64,000 nt of DNA, taken from contig MCFH01000081.1 of the NCBI GenBank assembly GCA_002104945.1, positions 62,001-126,000 on the forward strand, written 5' to 3'. The stretch is from Piromyces finnis finn. Lineage: Eukaryota; Fungi; Neocallimastigomycota. This document shows, one piece after another, positions 26,902 to 41,056 of the stretch. The position numbers and the translations under genes are program-made. Numbering within the stretch: the first letter of the stretch is position 1; each line of letters opens with the position of its first letter. The notes beneath the pieces were generated by a model. It made no database searches and was not told the DNA's origin. It saw nothing but the letters and a program-made list of their open reading frames with translations.

Positions 26902-29486
26902 ATGGAAAATACTACAGGTAAAGATCGATCATTGAAAAATATACTAATGACTGTAAAAAAAAAAATATTAAATCAAACAATTTTAAAAAATAATATATTT
27001 TTTGGATAAACAACTTGAGAAAAATAAATCATTTTATTAAAAAAAAAAAAAAGGAATGTAATAATAATCGATATTCTTTAATATCGGTAAATAATTAAAG
27101 ATAACTAAGCAGATAAAGAATATATATATACATATTAACTATTTAATTATAATAAAAATCAAAAGGGAATCAAACTTCTTTGTTTATATTATTCAAAAAT
27201 GAAAACAATATTATTTCTTCTTTTTTTATTAGTATTATTTTCAATTTTAATAGTAAACAATAGGCTTTAAAAGTGATTGCTAGTTAAAATATTTATAATG
27301 ACTTGATGATAATCAAAATATTAATTAAACACGCATAACCGTTTTACACTATGATTAATTATTGTTTTGAAAAGATGGTATTTCAAGATTAGAATGTTTA
27401 TATATAAATATAAACATTTAAATATTGAAAAAAAATTGTCGAGAAATATATATATTAATCCCAAAACCAATATATCAAATTTTATTTGTAATAATAGTGA
27501 TAAAAAAAAGGAGGAAATAAAGATTGAAATTATAAAAATCTTTTATTATTTATTATTGATAATATCTAATAATGTTAATAATTATATTGTATTTTTAAAG
27601 AAAACATTTTTGCCAACAACCCAGCTCTTCTTAACGCTATTCAAGGTCGTTTAGGTAGCTTAGTTGGTAGACCATCTGGTTACATTGAATCTTTACCAGC
27701 TGAAGGTAATAAAAATATTTATATTTCTTTTATTAAATATTACTGTAAAAAATAAATTAATGATTTTTAATTGTATATTGATTTAAACAAAAAATATAGT
27801 TAAGAGAAGAATTAATGCTTTAAAGAATATTCAAGTAAATATTATAGATTATAAACATTACATACAATAAATAATAATATATTATAATTAATAATGAGGT
27901 AAAACTAACAATAAATTATATATAATGATAATTAAAAATTTTAAAGTCTGAACAATTAAAGTACGAAAAAGAATACAGAGCTGAATTAGCTGAATTAGAA
28001 AAGAAGTACTTAAAGAAATACCAACCATTATTCGAAAAGGTAATTTTTTTATTTTAATATTTAGAAAAAACATTATTTTTTCATTTTATATGTTGAATAT
28101 TGTATTGAGATATCTATTTTCATAATAGCGTTCTTCTATCGTTAATGGTAATGTCGAACCAACTGATGCTGAATGTGAAAGAGAAGACAGTGACATGGAC
28201 GAAGTAATTATTATATATATTTGGTTAATAATATAGGATAAATAATATAGGGTATCGTATTAATTTTAAAAAAAATTATAATAAAACTATAAAAATTAGG
28301 ATGTCGAAGAAAAGGTTGAAGAAAAAAAAGAAGAAAAACCATCTGCTGATCCAGTTAAGGGTATTCCAGAATTTTGGTTAACTTGTTTAAAGACTAACCC
28401 AATTATCTCTGAATTAATTACTGAAAGAGATGAAGAACCATTAAAGGCTTTAACTGATATTAAATTAGAATACTTGGATGATTCTGATGTAAGTTTTAGT
28501 TTTTTTATCTTATGAGTATGATAAAAATTTAAAAAATTTATTAAATAATTTAATGTTCAACTTGTACTAAAAATTTAACTATTAATTATTTAAAATGTAG
28601 GGTTTCAAATTATCTTTCTTCTTCGACAAGAACGAATACTTCCCAGATACCGTTCTTACTAAGATTTACAGATTAGAAAACACTGGTGATTACGGAAATA
28701 TTATTGATGGAAAGGCTGAAGGGTAAACTTTTTATTATTAACATATATTTAAAAATATTATGCATTAATAATTATTTATATGTATTAATAACGATTTTAA
28801 TTTTTTAATTTCTAAATAGTTGTGATATTCACTGGAATGAAGGTAAGAACTTAACCGTTACTGTTGAAACCAAGAAGCAAAGAAGAAAGGGTACCAACCA
28901 AACCCGTATTATCAAGAGAACTATTCCAGCTGAAACCTTCTTCTCCTTCTTCAACCCACCAGTTATTCCAGAAGATGAAGCTCTTGAAATGGACGAAGAT
29001 GAAGTATGTGTTGAAATGTTTAATTCTTGAATTTAATAACCTTTAATTGAAATAATATGTCATTAATATTATTAAATATTAATGAAATTTCTTTGTTCTT
29101 TATCAAAAAAAAATAGATGCAAGAATTAGATAGCAAGTTAGAAGCCGATTACGAAGTTGGTGAAATAATAAAGGACAAGATTATTCCATATGCCGTTGAC
29201 TGGTTCACTGGTAAGGCTTTAGAATTCGAAGAAGCTGATTTCGATTCTGATGAATATGATGGTTATGATGATGAAGAAGATGATGATGACGATGATGACG
29301 ATGATGATGCTGATAACGCTAAGGTATGAATGTTTTACAAAATTAATTTTCATTCCAATCAAATGAATTTACTTTAAAGAATGGTATAAATTTTACTTAA
29401 AAAAAAATTAATTATTTTTTAAATTTTTTTTTTGTTATTAGATAAACGAACCAGCTGCTCAAACTCCAGAATGCAAGCAACAATAA
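26902..29486 (+). CDS. NAP1: Nucleosome assembly protein 1 (histone chaperone), ~10 exons
   Basis: Contains GRLGSLVGRPSGYIESLPAEVKRRINALK, KGIPEFWLT, IHWNEGKNLTV, TFFSFFNPP, DYEVGEIIKDKIIPYAVDWFTG, an acidic tract, and C-terminal PECKQQ*. Codons are C-ending biased (TTC/TAC/AAC/AAG), suggesting high expression. Confidence 0.95.
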
Positions 29487-30385
29487 ATGAAATAAATCAT
29501 TAATACAAATAATTCATATTACTAATGTTTTAAAACGAATATTAAACCATTAGTTTTTTTTATTTTTATCATCGTTATGTTTATATTTTTTTTAAAAAAT
29601 TTTATTATATTATATATAGTAATTTTAATTTTCTAATTTAACGAAACAAAAAAAAATAAAAAGTTTTAGATCTAATAAAACAATATAAAATACTATGGTA
29701 TAGAATCATTAATTAATAAAAATAAAATAATAAATAATAAATAATAATAATAATAATAAATAATAATAAAAATTATATAAAAAAAGGATTTATTAAATTT
29801 ATTAATAATGATATAAACAAAAGACATCCTCTTTTCCCTCTCTTTTTCCTCTTTTAAATTATTTATTCAAAAAAATAAAGAAAAAAAAAAAAAGAGAAAA
29901 TAAAAAAAAAAAAAGATAATATAGAATAATATAAACTCTAAAAACCCCAAGTATAAAACTATTTTTTCTTTTTATTATTTTGTTATGTTTTTTTATTATT
30001 ATTTATAAGATATGGTTCTAAATTGAATTTCATAGATGGATCATCCTTTTTTTTTTAATCCTCCAAAAAGTTTTTATTATTCTCACCCACAATTTTAAAT
30101 ATAATTTTTTTTTTTATTTATTTATTTTTAATTGCTTTATTTTATTTTTATTTTTTATTTTTATTTTTTTCTATTAAAATTTAAACTATAGATAATTTAA
30201 ACTAAAAAAATAAAAAAAAAAAAGAATATCATCCTCCTTTTTATATTATTCATTATCTAAATGAATTTTTTTTTTTTTTGATGATGATAAATTTTTCTCT
30301 TTTTTTTTTTTTTTTTTTTTAGTATATTTTATAAAGAAAAAAAGGTAAGGGGTGTGGCAGAGAAAAAAAGAGAGAGGGTATATTG

Positions 30386-30416
<31 letters not shown>

Positions 30417-30761
30417 TTTTTTTCCTTTTAAATATTTTTTTTTTTTTTTTTAAATATTTTCATCGATTTTTTTTTTTTTTTTTTTTTTTGAAACTTTTTT
30501 TGAAACTTTATAAATTTAAAAATTAAATAGTATTCTTTTTTTTTTTTTAAAAAAAAAAGTATGGAAAGAAAAAGAAAATTGGATGTAAATGAATAAAATA
30601 TGTAAAAAAAAAAAATAATAAAAGAAAAATACTAATTAACGAATGAATTGAATAAATAGATTTGAAAAAAAAAGAATTGAATGACTAAAGCTTTGATAAG
30701 GATATGTGGTTATTGTGGTTGTTGTTGTGGTTGTTGTGGTTGTTGAAAAAAAGGTAATCAA

Positions 30762-33247
30762 CTAAAAATTATAGCATGGTGGTTTACTAAACGACTTTTT
30801 ATAATATAAATAATTTGTATCCTTAATACTATCTGTAGATATTGTTGAAGAGGTAGAAGAGGTTACACTTTCTGTTATTTCACTATTATAAAACTTAAAA
30901 TTGGTATTATGTATATCAGGTGTTAGCATTAATGTATTATTATGGAAAATGGGTGGAAGTTGTTCTCCATGCTTTAGTTGAATAGATTTTTTTTCTAATG
31001 CCTTACTATTTGATGAAACTTCTTCTTCCTTACCGCCGTCCTCGTCTTCATCATGCTCTACGGTTAAATCAAATTTTGAAGAATTTGAATGGGTTTCAAG
31101 TTCTTCATTAATAATTTTAATTTGCTCTAAAGTAGAATTGATATTATTGCATAAGGAAGTTAATTTTTTTAAATCATTATTAGCAAAGGAGGATAGGGAG
31201 GCTTGAACCGACAATGAATCATTTCTATGTTTTCTAAAAGAAATAGAAGTGATCGATGAAGCAGGATTAGATGCTATTGTTACTGTTTCATAATAAGGTC
31301 TAGTCATATCAGGAATACTATAGTCATAGTCAAAATCACTGTCATAATAGCTTTCATCACTAGAATAACTACTAAGGGTGGTACAACTATAACTATAGTC
31401 AATTTTATTCTCTTGATAATAACGACTTTGTTGTTGAATTTGTTGAATTAAAAGTTGTTGTAAATCTTGCTTTTGCTTTTCAAGATCGCTTGATTCCAAG
31501 TGATCTGAATGTTGTTGGGGACTTTCATAATTATTTTTATTTTCGTAGGGATAGTTTGCTTTTAAATTTCCATGAATAAAATCTCTTTCATATTGATAAT
31601 TAACTTTATTATTGGAAATAAATTGGTTGACATCATTATCATAAACATCCCTGCTAGGATAGTTATAGGAAGCATCAGAACTAAAACCATTATCTTGTTC
31701 TACTTGTTTATTACTCCTAAAGCTATGATTTGTATGATTGACCCCTTTATTTTTTAAACCTTCAATTAATTCACCAGACTTTTTCACTGATTTTATGGTA
31801 TCTTGATTAGTAGTAATAGCATTAAGACATTCAATTGCATAGATATAGTCTCTATCACTAACATTCTTTTTATGATGTATTCTCTTCATTGTTTTTCTAG
31901 CATCTTTATTAATTCTACTACTATCTTTGAACATATGAATCTTGTAATTTTCCATAGATTTCTTTCTAAATTGCTTTGGAAAGCGTGTATTTATCTGTCT
32001 AAAGGAATAAAGCGTAGCTGGATATTCATCACTTGATGTGAAAACAGAATCACAACTTCTTCTTGATTGTTTTCTGTGATTATTGAAATATTCAATATTT
32101 TTCAAGGATACTTTATGTGATATTTTTTTACTTAGATATAAATTTTTAAACTTTAATTTAAAATTATTGTTACGACTGTATTTTCTTTCGGTTAGGCTTC
32201 TTGATCTACTTTGAATCTTTTTACCTTTATTCCCATAAGAATTCATTGTTTCAGAACTGATTGTAATAGAAGATACTTCAGTAACTGAAGATAATTGAGT
32301 CATACTCGTGTCAATTAAAGATGATCCATCTAAACTTTTTGGTGTAGCATCAAAGTTTGAATTACCAGTCATTCTATTTATTCCTTTTTTAATATGTTGA
32401 TTGTTTGATGAAGAATTTATCACAATTACCTTGTTATAATTAGTATTTATTTTTTCATTATTATTGTAATTACTACTATAAATGCTACTACTGCTACTAC
32501 TAAAACTACTTGGTTTTGTATTAGTAGTGTGTTGATAACCATTATTTAAGTTCAGTAGCGATTCGTTTCGTTTTATATAGTTATTATTGGTTTTATTATT
32601 AATAGTAGTATTTACATTATCTTTGCTATTATTATAAAATAATGAAAATAAGTTTTTCATTTTATTATTATTGGTGATAGCTTCGTCGTTTAATGGGTTT
32701 TCAAAACTACTGTAAATTAAAGTTTGAGCTGATTTTGGGCTCTCACTAATAATTTTTGAATTAAGTAAATCTTTTGAATAATTTTTATTTACTCTTTCGA
32801 TATTTCCATTTTCTAATTCATTTGGAATATTAATACTTAAACTTTTTCTATTTTTAATATTTGTATTTGTTATATTATCGACAATACCATTAGAAATCAT
32901 CCAATACGGATTATAATTATTCATTTGATTATTTCTTTTTCTTGTCAATGATGGATTATACGAACTTATTCTATTTTTAAACTTTAGTGAATATTGGGAA
33001 TCATAACTTGGTGTTATTATTTCTGAACAAACATTTTGAATTTTTGAATTATGCTCAGAATAGAATTTTTGATTTTTATTCTTGTCCAAGTTATGACAAT
33101 ACTTTGAACAATATAAATTTCCCTAAATATTGAAATATAATTTAAAAATTATTTTAGTTTATTAATAACTATATATAATAAATGTTATATGTAATTTACC
33201 TCTGTCTTTTTTCCACAATAGAGACACCAATTTGTATCAACGTCCAT
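30762..33247 (-). CDS. Ecl1/2/3-type zinc-binding protein with long low-complexity tail (~802 aa), 2 exons
   Basis: A 48-nt exon 33247-33200 (GT donor) joins a TAG acceptor at exon 33122-30762. This gives MDVDTNWCLYCGKKTEGNLYCSKYCHNLD, a CxxC...LYCSxxC...D motif, in frame with the 775-aa ORF. Confidence 0.75.
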
Positions 33248-35737
33248 TATTATTAGTTTTTATTGATGTTATTATTATTTTAGTGTTTTTATAAATTATA
33301 ATTTATATTTTATTAAATATTTTGTTATTAATTAATTAAATACTATTTTTCTTTATATATCTATAGATAAAGAAAAATAAGGGATTATATAGGATTATTT
33401 ATTTTTTTTTAAATAAAAAAGAAGTTTACTTCTATTAGATAGACTATTATGTAATTATTATGTATTTTTATATAATATTTATAATTATCTAGTTATTATT
33501 ATTATTGTTTTTTTTTTTATTTTTATTATTTTTATAGGTGGTTTTTGTTATTAAATTTTGTTATATGGTTATATATCAACATATACTATTATTATTATTT
33601 CTCTTTTAATAAATTTAAATTTGTATAATTAAATTATGTAAAAATTATTTTTTTTAAGTGGATAGTATTTTTTTTTTCTTTTCTTTTTTATATCGTTTTC
33701 GAATTTAAAGCTATTTTTTATTTATAAAAAAAAGATAAAATTTAATTATAGAAATTTATAAACATCATTATTAATTCTCTAATTAATGAAAAAATATTAA
33801 ACAGTAAATTTAAATTAAAGAAACGTTTTAAATTAAAAGTTTAATATGATAGGTAATAAATAATATATATATAATTTATTAGTATTATTTTATAAATTAT
33901 TATAAATTTAATAAATTAAGTGAATAGGAAAAGAAATAATAAATATGATAAAATAAAAAAGAGAAAAATAATAAATATTCTATTTTTTTTTCTATAGAAA
34001 AAAAATATATGTGAGATACGCCAATTACAATTTATTTTTTTTTTTCAATTTTTTTTTTTTTTTTTGATACTTTCCCACCTTTATCTATCCTTTTCTTTTT
34101 ATATATTATTATCTTTTCTTTTATATATATATACATATATATATGTATATTTGATTTATAGAGTTTTAATATTTTTTTTAAAAAAATAGAAATTCTTTTT
34201 TATTATTTTTAAAGAATATTTTTTATATATAAAGAGGACTTATTATAGGTAAAAAAGCAGACAAATAATTTTTATGATTTCTTCATAAATGTTTTTTTAT
34301 TTTATATTTGTTTTTACAAAAATAAGTCATTTACATTTAAAATATATATAATAAATCTTTTGAATAGTGTTACTGTTTAAATTATAATAATTTTTTAATT
34401 ATTTTTCTTTATTGTTTTTAGCATAATTTTTTATAGGGATTATATTTTTTATGGGTTTTATTACAAGTTTATTCTTTATTATAAATATATATTTCATACT
34501 TTATTTTTTTATATAAAATTTATAAGAAAAGTAAACAGGTCAAGTTTTGAAAGGAAATCTTTTCTTTTATATATAAATACAGAAATTTTGAATGCCATGA
34601 AATATACTTTTTTTTTTTTTAATTAAAACAAAGTTTATTGTGTGTAATATATTTCAATTTATTATAAATCTATCAATTCAATGATGACTTCATATATTAA
34701 ATTTATTTAGTTTTTTAAAAAAGTTCAAAAATTAAAATTTTTATCATTTTTTAAAAAAATGATTAAACGTTTTATTAAATAAATTAAAAATAATTAAATT
34801 ATTATTAGGTCATTTAATTTAATGAAACTTTACATTTATAGAAATATTTAAATTATTATTGTGTTTTGGGAATAAATCATATTAATTTTTGTAAAAGTTG
34901 TATACATTAGTGTTACATTATTTTGTAAAGTGTAAAAATATTCTCTGGCATTAAAGTGGGTGGGACTAAACCTATGGCTATTTGAAGCGAATTAAAAATA
35001 ATATGAAATACCAACGGCGGTATATCAACCAACAATAAGAAGAACATTTGATAACTTTAATGTGGGAATTAAAATAAAACTAAATAAAAAGCTTTTATGA
35101 ATTAATAGAGTGGAAATAAAATATCTATATATTAGAATATATTGAAAATAAATGACATAATGAAAAATGATAAAGTCTTTGCAGTTTTTTAAAAAGTATT
35201 CATTATAAATAATATATGAATGCATTGATTATTTAATATATTTAATTATTTTAAGCATTTATTAAATGAACAAATTTTTGGTAAATTTTCAAGCCTAAAT
35301 TAAAAATTAAAGTTTGTATTACTCTAACCATAGCATTCTTTAATATCATTGGATAAAAAATGAAATATTAATTAAACTTTATATGTTTAGGTTATTAAGA
35401 AATGTATCATATGAGTTTATGATTTATATGAATACATATATTATTATTAAATTAATTAGATATAAAATAAATTAAAAATAATTTTAAAAAGTTTAAACAT
35501 ATTTTTATGTCATTTTTACATTAACTAATTCCAAACTTTAAATATTAATAAAAATTTTATTCATCAATTTTTTTTGCTGGCTATTATCTGGTGAAAAAAA
35601 AAAAGCCGGCCTAACCAAGATTAGGGAATAATTAAAATAAAAAAACGAATTAAAAATTTCAAAAATGTAAAAACATGTAAAAGGTTATTCATTTAAAGGT
35701 TAAGGCCATTTAAATATTTAAATAAATGACAATAATG

Positions 35738-35925
35738 ATAGTCATAGTCATAGTCATAGTCAAAGTAATAGTAATAGTAATAGTAATAGTAATAGTAATA
35801 GTAATAGTAATAGTAATAGTAATAGTAATAGTAATAGTAATAGTAATAGTAATAGTAATAGTAATAGTAATAGTAATAGTAATAGTAATAGTAATAGTAA
35901 TAGTAATAGTCATAGTCATAGTAAT
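35738..35925. repeat. Hexamer satellite (AATAGT)n with CATAGT variants at both ends
   Basis: About 30 tandem hexamers read directly, followed by short ACTACAT-like repeats. Confidence 0.95.
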
Positions 35926-36576
35926 ACTACATAATACATACTACATACTACTACTATTACATTGCCAAATATCCTATATCAAAAGCAATTTTAAAGCTAC
36001 TTTTTATCAATTATTATTTCAAAATAATGGTAAGATTTTTTTTTTTTTTTTGATCCTATTCAATTTCAAACTTTATTCGAATAGGCTAAAATATTTTATT
36101 ATAATGTAATTTGCTTGGATTAAAAAGTAATTAATTAAAATCTTGGTTTAACTTTTATAGTTATATTAAAATCCTAGAGATTTTTATAGGTTTAATATAA
36201 ATAAAGATGTTAAATGAATCATACTAGAACCAATAAATCGTTGTATCAACTTTTATAAAACTTCATTTTAAATATTAATAAATAATAATAATAATAAAAA
36301 AAAAAGTACATTTTTTTAACAATAGTAACATTATTATCACTCTGTTAAAACATTTAAACTTTAAAAACTAAAATATATATAATAATGTTTTTTTTTATTT
36401 TTCAAACTCTTTGTATTTAAAAAAAAAAAATACACCTATAAATTTAAAGTGATTAGGTTTAATGGAAATTAGAGTTATATTTTGGTGGTATTATTGTTTT
36501 ATTATTATTTGGTTTCACTTTTTTTCTATGATTTAATTAAATGGATTATTTATATATAAAATTTTAAATACATTTG

Positions 36577-36607
<31 letters not shown>

Positions 36608-36633
36608 TACAAACAAAATAAATAAAAAATAGT

Positions 36634-37775
36634 CTAGTATTCCTCGGCATTATCAAATTGACCCTCTTCACTATCTAATTCTTTTTTCTCGATATCAATA
36701 CCTTCAAAATTCTAATATAATGGTTAATAAATAATATATATATATAAAAGTTAATATTATAAATAAAGGATAAAGGAATAAAATTAATTATACTTTAAAT
36801 TATTACTATATCATTTTCAAGCATTTTTTCTAAACGATCTGAAATTGTCTATTAATTATATTTTTTAAAAGAATATGAATTACTATAATATTTAATATAG
36901 TTAATAAGGTTAATATTAGCATATATTACCTGTCCTTCAGCTGTTAATTGAATATCCTCAAATGGAACATCCCCAAAATACCATTCTTTTGATTTTTTTT
37001 TTTTTAAAAGTCAATATATCAATATATTAAATAAAAAATATTTAAATGTTTATTAATAAAACAATAAAAATAAATAATACCTTTTGGATTTAATGAGTCT
37101 TTTGTAGATAATTCTATTAAAATATCACCAAAGTTATTTTTATTAAATACTTTTTCATTTTCATCATTATTATTCTCTTCCACTAAATTATTTAATTTTT
37201 GAATTTTACTGTCAAAATTATTTAATAAATTTGCAATTTCATCATACAAAATTTCCACTTTATAAAAGTAATTAATTATATAATAAAAATAATAGCGGTT
37301 ATTATAATTGTTTATATATATATATGTAGTATTTATAGATTGTTATAAAGGCAATTATTATTATTATTATTATTTTGTATAATATGAATAAATTGGTATA
37401 GAGATAGTTTACAATTTTTATATTCTGGTGTTAATATATATATTTCAATGGCATCAATGGCATTTTTAAATTCTTCTAATTCAGGTATTTCTACTTCACT
37501 TAAATTATTCATTGATTGTTCATTTAATAAAATTTGTAAATATAAATATGGGAAATTTCCTTCTCTTTCTGCATTATTATCTGAAGATGAAAGAGCATGA
37601 AATACTAAATCTTCTGCTTCTATTAGTATTCCTTTTTTTTTAGAATCATACCATAAAAGAATTTGACTTTATTAAAAAGGTTTATTTTTATTTTTTTTTA
37701 AAAAGTAATAATTCAATAGTAATTTAATAAGTAAGATATATAGTTGTATATTTGTATATAAAATTATATATAATG

Positions 37776-37807
<32 letters not shown>

Positions 37808-37992
37808 CAAAAAAAAGGGTTACAATTTTAAATATACCTTTCATAAATATATATTGAATAATTTGTAATTTTCAAGTCAATTTGACTATTTGAAATAAAA
37901 TCTGAATTATATTGTATATTTAAATTATTTTCTTTTACTTTCAAATTGGATATATTATCAATTTCATTATCCTTGATATATTTAATAGTCAT
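36634..37992 (-). CDS. ICln/pICln (CLNS1A)/Lot5-like methylosome chaperone, ~6 exons
   Basis: Spliced product includes IYIYESQILLWYD..KGILIEAEDLVFHALS...PYLYLQI...IEIYILTPEYKNLEILYDEI and acidic EWYFGD...GQFDNAEE*. This parallels the ICln PH-like fold (L..W, G..I....I.LHA, LYLQ) and its terminal GQF.DA motif. Confidence 0.68.
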
Positions 37993-38641
37993 AATTGAAT
38001 TTGGTTTTTTTTTTTTTTTTTTTTTTGAAATGTAATTAAACTTTATAAAAATTTTTTTATAAAATCAATTCAGCATTCGCTCATATGATTAGAACAATAG
38101 AATTATCCAATTTATGTTTATATGTTAAAAAAATCTTAATTTATTAGAAAGGTTGTTGGTTCTTCCATTTTTTAGAGGATAATGTATTTCTATACATTAT
38201 GTATAACTAAAATGTACATTAAATACATTTTTTAATACATTTTTCCATAATTGTAATTAGAGCAGCAATTGATATGAAATAAAGTTAAATTGATTAAATT
38301 AAATAGCAATGAAGTGTAGAATGATGATTGGCAAATATAGATCAGGTTTTAATAGATTTTAGTATTATAAATGTAACATTTAATAAGGAAGTTACCAACA
38401 ACCACCCGCTAACTTTCCCTTCAACCAACCAAGACAAATAAATAAAAATATAAATAGATTATTAATCATGGTTCTTTTTTTTTTTTTTGGTTCATTTTTT
38501 GAAGGGGTTGTGTGTGTATTAGCTGTAAATTGTAGTATGGACTGAAATTTAATTTAATGACATGATGTGTAAAATATTGGCTTTTTGAAAAAGTGTCAGT
38601 GTTAAAAGAAAAATAGGTTAATTATGCATTTGCATGAATAG

Positions 38642-38672
<31 letters not shown>

Positions 38673-38730
38673 AATTATATGGTCTATTAATAATATAGAA
38701 TATTATAAAGATATATTTTTAATTGTTAGG

Positions 38731-38769
<39 letters not shown>

Positions 38770-40172
38770 TTGTATATTATATTAAAAGTAACAAAACAAA
38801 AAAAAAAAAAAAGAATCATTTATTAGTTTTAATAAAAATAAATAATACTATTATTATTATTGTAATTATTATTATTATTGTAATAATTGTAATTATTATT
38901 ATTGTTGTTGTTGTTGTTGTTGCTGTTACTGCTATTTTATTTATTTCATTCTTTATCAATTAAAATTATAATTTTTACCTTTTTTTTTTTTATTGTTGTT
39001 GCTTGTCATCATTAGCGTTGTTGTTGTTGTTATTCGGCTGTAAAATTAATTAATGCTAAAATATTATAAAATAAAATTTTTATTTATTAGTAAAATCTCA
39101 TTTTTTAATAAATTTTTAATTAGAATTAAATTTTGTTATTTCCTCAAAATTTCGTATAAATATTTTTATTTTTTTTAATTTTTTATTAAAAAATTTATAT
39201 TTTCATTTCATTTCAATTTTTTTAAATAAATAATAGAAAAAGGTATATAAATAAATAAAAAAAATTTTTTTCTTTTTTTTTTTTTTTTTAATAGATTCAA
39301 AAGAAAATATTTTATATAATTTATAAAATAAAAAAAAAAATTAAAATAAAAAATTATATATTAATTAAATATATATATACATATACATAATTAAAAAATA
39401 AAGTAATAAAAATAATAATAAAAACTACTTAGAAACAAAGATAACAAATAAATAATAATAAAAGTAAATATAAAGAAACAATTAATTTATTATTATACAT
39501 TAATAATTAATAGAATATATTTGATAAAAGTTAAGAAAACAATATGTATATTTCAAGAGAATTTAATTATAAAATGCAAAATATTAAAATGTTAAAAAAG
39601 AGAAACCTCACTACCAGAAGTGAATAAATAAATATAATAATAATTACCAAAAGAAGTTGTAAAAATAAATAATAGAATAGAAAAATAAAAAAAAAATTGA
39701 TATATCAATAGATTTGTGTATTTACAGTGCTTTAAAACAAGATTTAATATTCAATGTTCTTAAACAAATATTAAAGCAAATAAGATAATAACTGAAATGA
39801 AATATTAATATTATTTTAAAAATAATACTTCTGTCCTATATTTATGGTATATTTATTATGGGAAAAGATTTAAATAACAAAATAATGGATAATAATAAAA
39901 AATATAATTTTTCTTTAGTGTTTACTCGAAATAAATTAAAAAAAAAAAAAACAGAACAAAACATTTAAAACAAACAATAAATTATTTACAGAAAATAAAA
40001 TAATAAAAAAAAAAGATATAGAGAAGTTGTTAAATATCACTACAAACTAATTCATTGTTTATTTCTTAACCTAATCAAATATAAAAAACTATTATTTATA
40101 AAACTAAAATTTGTCAATAATCATACTAATTTTATTTTTATTATTTTTATTTTATTATTATGTAGTAGCAAA

Positions 40173-41056
40173 ATGATATTAATTATATTTTACTTAATTG
40201 CATTCCTTTGTACTTTCGTTTTCTTTATTAAATGGAATAATGCCAAAAAGGTTGTTAAATTAGGTAAGACATAAAATAAATGAAAGAATATATATTTTGA
40301 AAGTATAATCGATAAATGATTTTTAAGAATTTAGAATGAACAAAATAATAATAAATATTAAATATGTTATTATAATATTTTAGATAAAGAATGGTTCCCA
40401 ACAATTCCAGAAGAAGAACAATATTTCGCTTTAGTCGAACAATATGGTGACCAAGAAGCCAATCCACAAAACACTAAAATTTTAACTTCTGCTCTTGTTA
40501 AGAGAGCCATGGCTACTATTTCTCGTATGTGGGATATCCAAAAGGAAAAACCATCCTTAACTCAATTAGTTAGAGATGGTGTTGTTGGTGAAAATCAATT
40601 AAAGCAACTTACTTTAGCTGAAGAAGAAACTGAAGCTAAACTTGAAGATATCCAAAATGAAGCTGAATGTCTCAAAGATGGCTGGTCCAAAACTATTTTA
40701 CAAGAATCTGCTCAACTTATTGCGTATGTTTTATAGATATAATTTTAAATATTTTAATAAGTAGGAATACGAATTTTTAATACTGATTCCATTTTTAATA
40801 TTTATACTTTTTCCCACCTCTCAATATTTAATAATAATGAATAAAAATTAGTTACATTCGTCAACAACAACAACAAGCTCAAGCTCAAGCTAAAAAGAAT
40901 GCTAGTTCTAGAACTTCACCAGTACAAAATAGACCACCTTTAAGTCCAGAAGAAGAACTTAAGCGTCGTAAGGAAGAAGCAGATAGAGTTGCTAGAGAAT
41001 TAATAGAAGAAGAAGAAAAAACTAAAAAGACAAAATCAAAGTCAAAGAAAAATTAA
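40173..41056 (+). CDS. SEC66: Sec62/63 translocon subunit Sec66/Sec71, 3 exons
   Basis: N-terminal TM segment, then WFP..., LTSALVKRAMATISRMWDIQKEKPSL...EAECLKDGWSKTILQESAQL, matching Sec66 (LKAALL.RA, EA..L..GW...I). Confidence 0.85.

Noticed and set aside
35710-36109. ORFs encoding poly-IT and poly-IV
   Set aside because: They are translations of the (AATAGT)n satellite, with no splice or codon support.
38985-39042. Minus-strand exon-like PNNNNNANDDKQQQ* after a CAG
   Set aside because: No upstream exons could be joined to it, and it is explained by (AAC)n low complexity.
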